From Candidatus Krumholzibacteriia bacterium (GTDB taxonomy: Bacteria; Krumholzibacteriota; Krumholzibacteriia; WVZY01), in the NCBI GenBank assembly GCA_036478295.1, contig JAZGDW010000262.1, forward strand, positions 1-31,989: a stretch of DNA of 31,989 nt, in the 5' to 3' direction. Below, piece after piece: positions 1 through 9,111 of this stretch. The notes beneath the pieces were generated by a model. The model had not been told where the DNA came from. It searched no databases and worked only from the letters and a program-made list of their open reading frames with translations. Each line of letters starts with the position of its first letter. Position 1 is the stretch's first letter. A program made the position numbers and the translations under genes.

Positions 1-189
1 CTCGCACTGGGCGGGTACCGCGGGTACGCGCTTGCGCTGTCCGCCGGTATCGCAACCTACGTAGCCGCCACCGACTTGATTCCAGAGCTCAACAAGCTCA
101 AGGAAATGCGGTTCTCCCTGAGCGCCCTGGCGGGCGTGGTTTTCTTTTTTCTCGTCGAGCTGTTGCTGGTCCGGTTAGGGGCCTCTTAG
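1..189 (+). CDS. ZIP-family metal transporter, C-terminal fragment (5' truncated by the window)
   Basis: Frame 1 reads LALGGYRGYALALSAGIATYVAATDLIPELNKLKEMRFSLSALAGVVFFFLVELLLVRLGAS*. The AGxxxYVAxxDLIPE motif followed by a final TM helix is typical of ZIP/ZupT. Not in the ORF track. Confidence 0.8.
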   Translation, partial: LALGGYRGYALALSAGIATYVAATDLIPELNKLKEMRFSLSALAGVVFFFLVELLLVRLGAS

Positions 190-204
190 GAGGGGGCAGG
201 TTTC

Positions 205-528
205 GTGAAAAGGAGTTATCAAATAGTGTTCATAACCGCGCCGAGTATGCAGGAGGCGGAGACGATCGCTGAAACGCTCGTCAACGAATCTCTGGCGGCC
301 TGCGTCAATATTATCGAGGGGTGCCGGAGTATCTATCGCTGGCAGGGTGAACTCCAGAGAGACGACGAAGTGCTGTTGCTGGCGAAAACCGAGCGCGGGC
401 GATTCACCGCCCTGGAAAAGCGCGTTGCCGCCATGCACAGCTACGACGTGCCGGAGATTATCGCGGTCGATGTGCCGTCACTCTCCGACGGGTATCGCCG
501 CTTTCTCGAAGATGCGCTGGGTGAATGA
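205..528 (+). CDS. cutA: Divalent-cation tolerance protein CutA
   Basis: LAACVNI, SIYRWQG and HSYDVPEII motifs; 107 aa; AGGAGG upstream. Confidence 0.95.
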   Translation: MKRSYQIVFITAPSMQEAETIAETLVNESLAACVNIIEGCRSIYRWQGELQRDDEVLLLAKTERGRFTALEKRVAAMHSYDVPEIIAVDVPSLSDGYRRFLEDALGE

Positions 529-554
529 ACGAAAAAGCCGAAAGTGCCTCTAGC

Positions 555-905
555 CTAACCCAGGAGGAGCGCAAACAACCATTTGCCCAGGGACATCAGT
601 ATCGCTCCTGCCAGGTGGAAGATCACCTTTACCAGGGTCACCAGGACCAACTGAACCGCCCGCACCACCGCTTTTGCGACCGTAACGACGGTTCGCACGC
701 ACGCCTTGACCGCCGACACGGCCCGTTGCACCGTCTGCCCGATCTCTTCCGTGAAGGCATTGATGCTCCATGGCTCATCGATCGGGGTACGCTTTGTTTC
801 GGGACGGATGTCGCGCTCCAGAACGGGCTCGCCCACGACCGGCGACATCCCCGCGCCCGACAGCGCGAACACAAGTACGAGTAGTGGTAGTACCCAGCTT
901 TTCAT
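555..905 (-). CDS. Hypothetical exported/membrane protein with long hydrophobic C-terminal helix
   Basis: AGGAGG RBS before the ATG at 905 (MKSWVLPLLVLVFALSGAG, signal-like); Val/Ala-rich C-terminal half. The ORF-track extension to 1058 overlaps the divergent gene. Confidence 0.6.
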   Translation of the reverse strand: MKSWVLPLLVLVFALSGAGMSPVVGEPVLERDIRPETKRTPIDEPWSINAFTEEIGQTVQRAVSAVKACVRTVVTVAKAVVRAVQLVLVTLVKVIFHLAGAILMSLGKWLFALLLG

Positions 906-1023
906 GGACCATCCTCCTGGATAGGAAGTCCCTCTATTCTGCCCTCCCTCCCGGACCGGTGCAAGGGTTTTGTGGTTCGAAAATTGCACTGCGGCCTCTT
1001 GTTTCCCAGGTAAGGAGGTTACT

Positions 1024-1632
1024 GTGAGAAAGCTCATAGTTGTATTGTCAGTGGTCATAGTGGGTTACGCAGTTTCGGCGTCCGCCGTCACCGGCGTCGC
1101 GCTGGGCGGAAAAGTCGGATATGCGAATTACACAGGGGACATTCTGCCCGCCAGCGGCGATGTGGGTGGCTCGGCGATGTTCGGGGCCGTCCTGGAAATT
1201 GGGACGTTTCCGGTGCTCGATTTCGAGCTGCACGCAAACTACTTTTCCAAGGATTTTACGTATACTTTTGACGCCGGCGGTGTCCCGGTCAGCGGGACTT
1301 TCGAGTTCCGTGATTTCCACGTGCTGCTGCTGGCGAAGAAGAACTTGATCTCTGTGCCGATGTCACCGCTCGCGCTTTATGTCGGCGGTGGGCTGGGCTG
1401 GCACCTGATTAATACCGAGTTGGCGCAGGCGGCGGCCATTAACCCGGCACTGTCGGGGATCGACCTTTTCTCGAACAGTGTCAAGGCCAGCGGCCACGGC
1501 CTGCTCGGAATCAAAGTATCCCCACCGGTGTTTCCGCTCGCGGTCTATGGAGAGGCGCGCTTCGGCCGCATCTTTGCCGCCGACGGGATCAACACCACCG
1601 AGATCGAGGGTGGCTTGCTGCTCAAATTTTAG
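1024..1632 (+). CDS. Outer-membrane beta-barrel protein (small, ~8-stranded type)
   Basis: AAGGAGG then GTG 1024; signal peptide; amphipathic strands, LYVGGGLGW, C-terminal Phe (GGLLLKF). Confidence 0.8.
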   Translation: MRKLIVVLSVVIVGYAVSASAVTGVALGGKVGYANYTGDILPASGDVGGSAMFGAVLEIGTFPVLDFELHANYFSKDFTYTFDAGGVPVSGTFEFRDFHVLLLAKKNLISVPMSPLALYVGGGLGWHLINTELAQAAAINPALSGIDLFSNSVKASGHGLLGIKVSPPVFPLAVYGEARFGRIFAADGINTTEIEGGLLLKF

Positions 1633-1669
1633 TGTGTGACAGCGACGGGCCGCCCGGCGGCCACAATTG

Positions 1670-1703
1670 AATCAACCGGTGGGCTCCGGCGTGCCGGTTG
1701 ATT
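1670..1703 (+). terminator. Hairpin downstream of the beta-barrel gene, possible terminator
   Basis: AATCAACCGG/CCGGTTGATT 10-bp stem followed by TTGTTT; a second hairpin GGATCCG-ggtaa-CGGATCT plus T-run at 1760-1783. Confidence 0.5.
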
Positions 1704-1898
1704 TTGTTTCGCGGGTACTCATCTCCGCCCGTAACACACGGTCAGACGGCGGCACAACCGGATCCGGGTAACGGATCTTTTTTGCTTTGTTCCACCGCCT
1801 GTTATGACATAGGATCATCGGGAATCAGCAGCAACGAGGTAGCGTTTACTATGCCGCAGAAGTACCGGCGTAGCGATTCGGTTGTGAACGGAGGCAAC

Positions 1899-2729
1899 GT
1901 GACGAGCAAGATGCTACCAGTCGGCCTGGCGCTCAGCGGAGGTACAGCGAGGTCCGTCACTCACATCGGTGTGATAAAGGCTCTGCTGGAGGAGGGGATT
2001 CCGATCGCGCACGTTGCGGGGACCAGCGGCGGCGCGGTCGTAGGCACCTTCTTCGCGGCCGGCATGCCAATGGAGGAGATGCTCGAGATCGCCAACGGCA
2101 TGAGCTGGGGCAAGCTCATCAGTATCCGCCTTTCCCGCCTGGGTTTCATTTCGAGCAAGCGCATCGAGGATTTTGTGAGGAGCGTCATCGGCGATGTGAC
2201 GTTCGAAGAGCTCAAAACCCCCTGTTCGGTGGTTGCCACCAACCTGGAAAACGGACAAAAGCACGTGTTCAATTCCGGTCCGGTGGCCCGCGTCGTGCGT
2301 GCGAGCTGCAGTATTCCGCAGATTTTTCTCCCGGTCGAGATCGACGGCCACTACTACGTCGACGGTGGATTCTCGGAGTACCTGCCGGTCGACACACTGC
2401 ATGAAATCGAGGAGATGTTCGTCATCGCCGTCCACCTGGCGCACGAAAGGGGGATATACCGGCGTCCCCGGAACTACCTGCAGTTATCGATTCACATCAT
2501 GAGCCTCGTGTCCAAGATAAACTACGTTGTTTCCCTGGAAAAAGCCGATGTTCTCGTCCATCCTTATACCGACCAGTACAGCCCGTTCGATTTTGACACA
2601 TCGGCACAATTGATCGACCTGGGATACGACACGACCAAGGCGCTGATTCCCGAGATCAAGAAGAAGTGGAAGCAGAAGAGCAGCAAGCTCCAGCGCATCT
2701 TCAAGAAACTATCTCCCGGGCAATCGTAG
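1899..2729 (+). CDS. Patatin-like phospholipase (RssA/NTE family)
   Basis: LALSGG oxyanion loop, GTSGG nucleophile, ASCSIP and DGG motifs; GGAGG before GTG 1899 (alternative ATG at 1851). Confidence 0.92.
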   Translation: MTSKMLPVGLALSGGTARSVTHIGVIKALLEEGIPIAHVAGTSGGAVVGTFFAAGMPMEEMLEIANGMSWGKLISIRLSRLGFISSKRIEDFVRSVIGDVTFEELKTPCSVVATNLENGQKHVFNSGPVARVVRASCSIPQIFLPVEIDGHYYVDGGFSEYLPVDTLHEIEEMFVIAVHLAHERGIYRRPRNYLQLSIHIMSLVSKINYVVSLEKADVLVHPYTDQYSPFDFDTSAQLIDLGYDTTKALIPEIKKKWKQKSSKLQRIFKKLSPGQS

Positions 2730-2791
2730 GTTCTCCGGTTATGGCAGCCGGTAAAACTGCGGAGGCAAATTCCAGAAAAGAGTTGAGAGCA

Positions 2792-4234
2792 ATGCGGCTG
2801 GTGCGCAAGAGCGACTATTTGTGGGAAATCCCACGCGAGGGTGGCATGCGCGTCCCGGGAAGGATCTTCGCGAACGATCGCCTGATCGAGGATATCCGCT
2901 CCGACCCGGCGCTCGAGCAGGTTGCGAACGTGGCCCACCTGCCGGGGATCGTGGGCTATTCGTGGGCGATGCCCGACATCCATCTCGGATACGGCTTTCC
3001 AATCGGCGGCGTCGCCGCCACCGCTTTTGAAGAAGGCGGCGTGATATCACCCGGTGGCGTCGGTTACGACATCAACTGCGGCGTGCGCCTGATGACGTGC
3101 AACCTCATGCTCGAGGACATCCGCGACAAGCTCGACGGCGTGATGTCGCATTTATTCACCCGGATACCGTGCGGTGCGTCACCTCACGACTCCGGTTTCG
3201 GCAAACTCGATGCCAGGGCGCTCAAACGAGTGCTGAAAAAGGGTGCCAGCTTCGTGGTCGAGCACGGATTGGGCACGCCTTCCGACCTGGAGCACTGTGA
3301 GGACACGGGGGCCATCGAGATGGCCGACCCCGACGCGGTCAGCCAGCGGGCCATCGATCGGGGGCGGCATCAACTCGGATCCCTCGGCTCCGGCAATCAT
3401 TTTCTCGAGGTTGGATACGTGGCCGAGCTCTTCGATGCGGAGGCCGCTCGCGCGTTTGGGCTGCAAAAGGAGCAGGTCACGGTGCTCATTCACTGCGGCT
3501 CGCGCGGTTTCGGCCACCAGGTATGCACGGATTATCTCAAGATGATGGCGTCGCAGTCCGGGCAGTTCGATTTCGAGCTGCCCGATCGCCAGCTGGCGGC
3601 GGCACCGCTCGATTCGAGTGTGGGCAAATCGTATCTGGCGGCCATGGCGGCCGCGTCCAACTACGCCTGGGCCAACCGGCAGACACTGATGGTGCTCGCG
3701 CAGCGGGCAATAGCGGACGCGCTCGGCGGACACCCCGACGAGTTTGGGTTCCGCCTACTCTACGACATTTCCCACAACATCGCGAAGATCGAGACCCACG
3801 ACGTCGAGGGGAGGAGCTTGAAAGTCTGCGTGCATCGCAAAGGAGCCACACGCGCGCTGCCCCCGGGAGACCGTCGTATCCCCGACCGCTACCTGTCCAT
3901 CGGTCAGCCTGTGCTGGTACCCGGTGACATGGGCACGGCTTCATTTCTGCTCGTAGGGTCTCCCGGCCAGAAGGACCACCCATTTTGCAGCTCCTGTCAC
4001 GGGGCAGGCCGCCGGCTGAGTCGCCGCGCGGCGATGAAGAAGGGACGGGGCAGGGCCCTGCTGGACGAACTGAAAGCGAGGGGCGTGACGGTCATGGCCA
4101 AGAACCCGCGCACGCTGGCGGAGGAAATGCCTGATGCCTACAAGGACGTTTCGCAAGTTGTGGATGTCTTGCAGAGGGCGGGAGTTACGCGGAGAGTCGC
4201 AGAGCTGAGACCTGTAGGCGTTATCAAGGGTTGA
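2792..4234 (+). CDS. rtcB: RtcB family RNA ligase (long form)
   Basis: MPDIHLGYGFPIGGV, GVGYDINCGVR, GSLGSGNHFLE, HCGSRGFGH, HNIAK, HRKGATRA, PGDMG, CHGAGR and EEMPDAYK motifs. Start is 2792 or 2741. Confidence 0.97.
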   Translation: MRLVRKSDYLWEIPREGGMRVPGRIFANDRLIEDIRSDPALEQVANVAHLPGIVGYSWAMPDIHLGYGFPIGGVAATAFEEGGVISPGGVGYDINCGVRLMTCNLMLEDIRDKLDGVMSHLFTRIPCGASPHDSGFGKLDARALKRVLKKGASFVVEHGLGTPSDLEHCEDTGAIEMADPDAVSQRAIDRGRHQLGSLGSGNHFLEVGYVAELFDAEAARAFGLQKEQVTVLIHCGSRGFGHQVCTDYLKMMASQSGQFDFELPDRQLAAAPLDSSVGKSYLAAMAAASNYAWANRQTLMVLAQRAIADALGGHPDEFGFRLLYDISHNIAKIETHDVEGRSLKVCVHRKGATRALPPGDRRIPDRYLSIGQPVLVPGDMGTASFLLVGSPGQKDHPFCSSCHGAGRRLSRRAAMKKGRGRALLDELKARGVTVMAKNPRTLAEEMPDAYKDVSQVVDVLQRAGVTRRVAELRPVGVIKG

Positions 4235-4308
4235 AGCCGTTTGGGTTTGCGGTCGGACCGTTCGTCAGCTATGCTCGCCCGTGCGTAGCGTCGGAATGCG
4301 AGGTCTTT

Positions 4309-4902
4309 GTGAAAACGATCCATTGCTATGGCTTTCTCAGCCTTTGCCTCTTCGTCTGCCTGGCCGCAGTGGAAGTGGCCCATACGAAGACATACCCACA
4401 CCTCCGGGACGGTTTCTTTGCGGGCGTGGGACTCGGGTTCGGTAACGCAGGCGCGGACATATCGCTGGTGGAAAACCTCGACCGGGAGAGCGACGGTATT
4501 GGGAACTTCGTCTTTGGGTGGGCGGTCGCACAACAGCTGGGTCTTGCGCTCGAGATCAACGCCTGGCAGAGCCAGTTCCGGGGGGACGTTTTCAGGGACG
4601 TAACCTGGACCTTCAGCCTGAGCACCATTACCGCGACATACTTTCCCTCCGACATCGGATTCTTCCTTCGCGGCGGCTTCGGTGTCGGCACGTCGTCGGT
4701 CGAGTTAACCCAGGGGGTTGTCCCTGTGTCGGAAACAAAGGCCGGTCCGGGATTCCTCGCCGGGGCGGGATACGAATGGCGCGTGACCGAGAAAATGGCC
4801 ATTGGTCCGCAGGTGGAGTTCGCTTACCTGAACATTGAGGGCGAGATTACCGAAGAGGTGGATTTCTTCGCGGTGACCGCTCACGCGACCTGGTACTGGT
4901 AG
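4309..4902 (+). CDS. Outer-membrane beta-barrel protein
   Basis: Signal peptide after GTG 4309; RDGFFAGVGLGFG, FFLRGGFG and GAGYEW strands; aromatic C-terminus TWYW. Confidence 0.8.
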   Translation: MKTIHCYGFLSLCLFVCLAAVEVAHTKTYPHLRDGFFAGVGLGFGNAGADISLVENLDRESDGIGNFVFGWAVAQQLGLALEINAWQSQFRGDVFRDVTWTFSLSTITATYFPSDIGFFLRGGFGVGTSSVELTQGVVPVSETKAGPGFLAGAGYEWRVTEKMAIGPQVEFAYLNIEGEITEEVDFFAVTAHATWYW

Positions 4903-4916
4903 ACGGGAGGTAGTCG

Positions 4917-5531
4917 ATGAAGGCCTGGATGGCTATGGCGCTCCTGGTTTTGCTCGCAGCGGGCGATGTGCACGCTACGGGTGTTTCCCGACCGAGGATT
5001 CAGGTCAACGGCAGTCTGGCCATCCCGATCAGGCGGGAGGCGTTCGCCGACGACTACAGCCTGGGTTTCGGCGGTGGCATCGGCTTCGTACTACCGGTGT
5101 CGCCGTCGTTCAACGTGTCGGGGACGGTCGATTTCACGACCTTCGAGCTGGATGCCGACAGCTACATCTCGTCCAGACAAATCCCACCGCCGGCCTCGAT
5201 CGCTGGCGGCGAGATATCCGTCCTGTACGTTGCCGGCAATCTCAAATGGAATGTCCTGTCGCCGCAGGAGAGCTCCGTTCGACCCTACATTCTCCTCGGG
5301 GGTGGCTATTTTCGCCTGGCAACCGACGACATCGTCATTCCGACCAGCACGACGATCATCAAAACCGAGCACGTGGTTGGATGGCACGGGGGGTGGGGTA
5401 TCGATCTCGCGCTGGGTTCCGCCATCAGTCTTTTCTTCGACGCGCTCTACATCGTCGGTCTCACGCAGAAAGCGACGGGTTATGTTCCTGTTCGCGTGGG
5501 CCTTACCTTCGACCTGGTCCCCCAGATTTGA
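4917..5531 (+). CDS. Outer-membrane beta-barrel protein
   Basis: GGGAGG RBS; signal peptide; VRPYILLGGGYF, GWHGGWGID and terminal YVPVRVGLTF strand. Confidence 0.8.
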   Translation: MKAWMAMALLVLLAAGDVHATGVSRPRIQVNGSLAIPIRREAFADDYSLGFGGGIGFVLPVSPSFNVSGTVDFTTFELDADSYISSRQIPPPASIAGGEISVLYVAGNLKWNVLSPQESSVRPYILLGGGYFRLATDDIVIPTSTTIIKTEHVVGWHGGWGIDLALGSAISLFFDALYIVGLTQKATGYVPVRVGLTFDLVPQI

Positions 5532-5558
5532 GCGATCAGGCTTGGGCCCGCGCCCAGG

Positions 5559-7160
5559 TCACACGAATTCTTCGACAAAGTATTTTGGTGAAAGAGCCTC
5601 ACCCGTAGCACGCTGGACCATGTCATCCCACCGGTAACGTGCTCCGGGTACGAAGACCTCATCCCGCAGATAATCACCGATTTCCGGATGACCGTTCATG
5701 GATCCTCCTGCGCCCTCGGGAAGGACCTTTGTCCTGATGTGATGGCTCAGCTGAGATGCGAGTACTTCTCCCAGCAAGTAGTTCTGGTAGTACACGGGCA
5801 CAGACACGACGTGGGTCTTGGACGCCCAGTGTGGAAAGTCCGTGTCGTCGGGAGGGGTCAACATTTGAAATCTCTCCGCAAGCTGCCACCAAAGCGCGTT
5901 GAGGTCCTGGTCCGGGTCCAGGTAGAGTTGTCGCTCGAAACGCATCATGACCTGTGACCAGCGCGAAAAGATCAGCTGGTGCAGGCGAAGGCTCTTGCCC
6001 AGCTCCACGGCGATCTTCTCCTTCTCGGCCCGCCGTATGCCGACAACTTCTTCCATCCAGTCGGCGTTCTTGGACAGGCGCCCGAACAACATCGCGACGG
6101 CCTCGGTCGTGAAGATGTGGGCTTCCTGACGCAGCAGGTAGGGAAGATCCGGATCGATGTACTTGTCATGCACGGCGTGGCCGAGCTCATGGAGCATCGT
6201 GCCCGTCCAGTTCTCATCATTCTTGATGTTGGCGAGGATGCGGATATCACCTCTGCGATCGATATCCGTGCAGAAGGCGTGTTGATCCTTGTCCGGTTTT
6301 TCATACAGATCGCTCCGAGCCAGGATATCGCCGACTTCCAGACCGATGCTGCTGTAGAAGCGGGTCACCAGGTCGAGTATTTCACGGGATCCGTAGTACT
6401 TGTCCAGATCGACGTCGTAGACCTGTGGAGCTTCCTGAAAAAACAAGTCCTCATAATGCCACGGGCGAATATCGGCCGTGCGGATGCCGTAACGCGCTGC
6501 GAGACGCTCGTCGGCCTCGTTCTTCAGCGTACGAAAGGGCTCGCGGATCAGCTTCTCCAGTTCGTCGAAGAGAGCGAGGATCTCCTGTTCGTTCTGCTCG
6601 CCCAGTTCGAGCGACATCGAGTAGTAGTTGCCGTACCCGAGCGTGGCGGCCGCATCGTTGCGTAGCTTGACGAGGGTGAGGAGGTCGTCTTTGACCACGG
6701 CGCCCACCTCCTTGCCCGCCGTCCACGCCTCTTTCCTCACCTTGCAATCGGTGCTCTCCTTGAGGATTCTCAGAATGTCGTTGGTCGTGATCTCGCGGCC
6801 GTTAACGCGAGCACGGTGGACGTTGAACTGATTCTCGATCTTGCTGCCCAGTTTGGTGATGCGCTCGTTCAGTGTGGGATCTATCTGGTTGCGGAGATAA
6901 AGATGGTGGAGGATCTCGAGCTGGCGCCGCGCGATGGGGTCGGTGATGCCGGGATCACTCTTCCATTTGCAGATTCTATCGTAGTCTTTGGCGCTGGAGA
7001 ATATCCGCTGCAGCTGGACCTGCAGTTCGGCGCTGCGCTCGAAGTCGGCCGATTTGCCTGAGATGCTCGCTTTCCAGTACGCCAGATTCACCTCGCGGCA
7101 CAGAGGCTCGACGGTTTGCGCATAAGAACCGACGAAGTCCGCGAATTCCTGCGAGGGCAT
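5559..7160 (-). CDS. Zinc metallopeptidase, M3/M2-like (oligopeptidase)
   Basis: HELGH zinc motif, downstream TTEAVA glutamate, PVYYQNYLLGE. Likely start MPSQEF at 7160. Confidence 0.88.
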   Translation of the reverse strand: MPSQEFADFVGSYAQTVEPLCREVNLAYWKASISGKSADFERSAELQVQLQRIFSSAKDYDRICKWKSDPGITDPIARRQLEILHHLYLRNQIDPTLNERITKLGSKIENQFNVHRARVNGREITTNDILRILKESTDCKVRKEAWTAGKEVGAVVKDDLLTLVKLRNDAAATLGYGNYYSMSLELGEQNEQEILALFDELEKLIREPFRTLKNEADERLAARYGIRTADIRPWHYEDLFFQEAPQVYDVDLDKYYGSREILDLVTRFYSSIGLEVGDILARSDLYEKPDKDQHAFCTDIDRRGDIRILANIKNDENWTGTMLHELGHAVHDKYIDPDLPYLLRQEAHIFTTEAVAMLFGRLSKNADWMEEVVGIRRAEKEKIAVELGKSLRLHQLIFSRWSQVMMRFERQLYLDPDQDLNALWWQLAERFQMLTPPDDTDFPHWASKTHVVSVPVYYQNYLLGEVLASQLSHHIRTKVLPEGAGGSMNGHPEIGDYLRDEVFVPGARYRWDDMVQRATGEALSPKYFVEEFV

Positions 7161-7357
7161 TTTCCTGTGACTCCGTGAAAACAAAAGGTTTGCAGATGAA
7201 CAGACCGGGTCAGGGATCGAACCAAACGCGAAGACAAAAACTTTACTGGAAATCAGGTGCGATGGCAACCCCAAACCGGCGGGCAGATTTCCGTCCTCGG
7301 CGCCGTGCGTCTTGACCCGCCGGACGCAATCCACAGCGCCGGTGTGGCTCTTATCTA

Positions 7358-7387
7358 ATTATATGACAACCGATTAAAAATTGTCCA
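7358..7387 (-). promoter_or_regulatory. Putative sigma-70 promoter of the peptidase gene
   Basis: Minus strand TGGACA-N18-TATAAT, about 200 nt upstream of the ATG. Confidence 0.4.
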
Positions 7388-7486
7388 CCAGGCCGCACCA
7401 AGGCACATACCGGTACTTGAATAAAGCGGCGGTCAACGTGTATAGCTTGTATGCAATCGGTAGACGTATGCATAGGGAGCGTGTGC

Positions 7487-8104
7487 TTGCAAGAGAACGA
7501 CCTGGATGTCATCCGGCGCTGGCGAAACGGTGACCGCAGTGCCTTCGAGATGCTGGTCCGCCGTCACAGGGCCGACGCGTACCTGACAGCCCTCGGCATA
7601 ACGGGCAATGCGGAGGATGCCCGCGACCTGTCGCAGGAGGCTTTTGTGAAGGCCTTCCAGGCCAGAAAGAAGTTTGACCCCCAGCGGCCGTTCTACCCTT
7701 GGTTCTACCGGATCCTGAAGAACCACTGCCTCAACTTCGTCCAGCGCGTGCGAAAAAGAACCGAGTCGCTCTATCATGGAGATCATGAAGACGAGCGGTT
7801 CGCCTCGTCCGGACCGACACCGCTCGAGCGCATGGAAAAGCACGAGCGCATCGAGTTGATGCGGCGTGCGATCGACCAGTTGTCGTTCGAGCACCGCGAA
7901 GTCATCGTTCTGAAGAACTTCCGGGGACTCTCGTACCGCGAGATGGCGGAATTGCTCGATACGCCGATCGGAACCATTATGTCGAGGCTGTACTATGCGC
8001 GAAAAGCACTGAAGGAAATCATACTGGAGTGGGAACGCAGCGGGGGGAAGAACGAGGCCCCGTCGTTTCCGAAAGGTGACGCTGCGCCCGGAGAGGTGAT
8101 TTGA
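7487..8104 (+). CDS. ECF RNA polymerase sigma factor
   Basis: Region 2 (DARDLSQEAF, FYPWFYRI) and region 4 (GLSYREMAELLDTPIGTIMSRLYYAR). GGGAG before TTG 7487 (ORF track starts at 7451). Confidence 0.95.
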   Translation: MQENDLDVIRRWRNGDRSAFEMLVRRHRADAYLTALGITGNAEDARDLSQEAFVKAFQARKKFDPQRPFYPWFYRILKNHCLNFVQRVRKRTESLYHGDHEDERFASSGPTPLERMEKHERIELMRRAIDQLSFEHREVIVLKNFRGLSYREMAELLDTPIGTIMSRLYYARKALKEIILEWERSGGKNEAPSFPKGDAAPGEVI

Positions 8105-8105
8105 C

Positions 8106-8540
8106 ATGGTCTGCAACCGTTTTCAAAGTGAAGGGATGAAGCTTCTCGATGGAGAAATGACGCCGGAGGAGAAACAGGCGTATGAAGCTCATGTCAAAGG
8201 CTGCAAAGACTGCTCCGGCGAATTGAGGGACATCGGTCGCATCGTTGAATTCAGCGACGAAATCGAGCTCAAAGAGCCCGACGAAGAATACTGGACGAGC
8301 TATTGGGATGACATTTTCCGGCGTCTGGAGCGCCGTAGCGGCTTTGTGCTGCTCATCACCGGCCTGATCGGTGTAACCGTGCTGGGGCTGTACAAGGCGG
8401 TGACGTCGCCTGAGTTCCTTACCTTCAAGGGGTTGGGTATCGCAGTCGTGTTGCTGGGGCTGGTCGTCATTTTTCTGTCCGTTCTGAGAGAGCGATATCA
8501 CGAGAGCAAGTCTGATCCATACAAGGGAGTCAAACAATGA
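8106..8540 (+). CDS. Zinc-finger (zf-HC2/ZAS) anti-sigma factor with two TM helices
   Basis: HVKGCKDC matches HxxxCxxC; LLDGEM; two hydrophobic segments; directly follows the ECF gene. Confidence 0.88.
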   Translation: MVCNRFQSEGMKLLDGEMTPEEKQAYEAHVKGCKDCSGELRDIGRIVEFSDEIELKEPDEEYWTSYWDDIFRRLERRSGFVLLITGLIGVTVLGLYKAVTSPEFLTFKGLGIAVVLLGLVVIFLSVLRERYHESKSDPYKGVKQ

Positions 8541-8857
8541 TCGTCACCACGACCGATCGTTTAGAAGGCAAACGGATCAAGAGAGTCCTGGGGCTGGTAA
8601 AGGGCAGCACGATCCGCGCCCGCCATATTGGAAAAGATCTGACGGCCGCCTTCAAAAACATTACCGGTGGAGAGGTCCACGAGTACACGAAGCTGATGGC
8701 TGAATCTCGTGAGCAAAGCCTGGATCGGATGCGCGAAGAGGCGACGAAGATGGGTGCCAACGCCGTGGTCGGTGTGCGCTTCATGACGAGTAGCGTGATG
8801 CAGAGCGCGGCGGAACTGCTGGTCTACGGTACGGCGGTCATTGTGGAAGACGAGTGA
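8537..8857 (+). CDS. ybjQ: YbjQ/UPF0145 family protein
   Basis: MIVTTT, GGEVHEYT, GANAVVGVRF and YGTAV motifs; ATGA overlap with the anti-sigma gene. Confidence 0.93.
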   Translation: MIVTTTDRLEGKRIKRVLGLVKGSTIRARHIGKDLTAAFKNITGGEVHEYTKLMAESREQSLDRMREEATKMGANAVVGVRFMTSSVMQSAAELLVYGTAVIVEDE

Positions 8858-8881
8858 TCGCCATGGCGGGGGTGCCCCCGG

Positions 8882-9005
8882 GGCGGCGCACGGTTGCATC
8901 GCTTCCTGGCCCGCGCTCCGCTTCGCTCGGCTACCCGCATCGAGCCGTGCGTGATCCTCGCTCGCTCCCGCGACGGGCCCGTCACCGACGCAACCGTGCG
9001 CCGCC
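8882..9005. repeat. 124-bp palindromic element with 20-bp terminal inverted repeats
   Basis: GGCGGCGCACGGTTGCATCG (8882-8901) vs CGACGCAACCGTGCGCCGCC (8986-9005), 19/20 complementary, with nested inner stems. Confidence 0.7.
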
Positions 9006-9111
9006 ACAACTGCATGCGTGCAATCGATTCTTGGACGAGCGTGCCGCCGGTGTTATACTCCGCTTTCATAATTCGTCATCGATACCGAGCAACCATGCCG
9101 GCGGGAGTTCC

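Noticed and set aside
7200..7240. GGTTCGATCCC on the minus strand resembling a tRNA T-loop
   Set aside because: No proper T-stem, acceptor stem or anticodon arm can be built around it.
7248..7350. Lysine riboswitch (kissing loops, GCCGAG)
   Set aside because: Lacks the AGAGGNGC, AGUA and CUGUC/GGAG core motifs; kept only as an unclassified structure.
8854..9111. N-terminal extension of the MBL hydrolase (similar extensions at 2666, 7334, 9894, 26108, 28730 and 29308)
   Set aside because: Non-homologous read-through of intergenic DNA; better RBS/start or family N-termini occur downstream.
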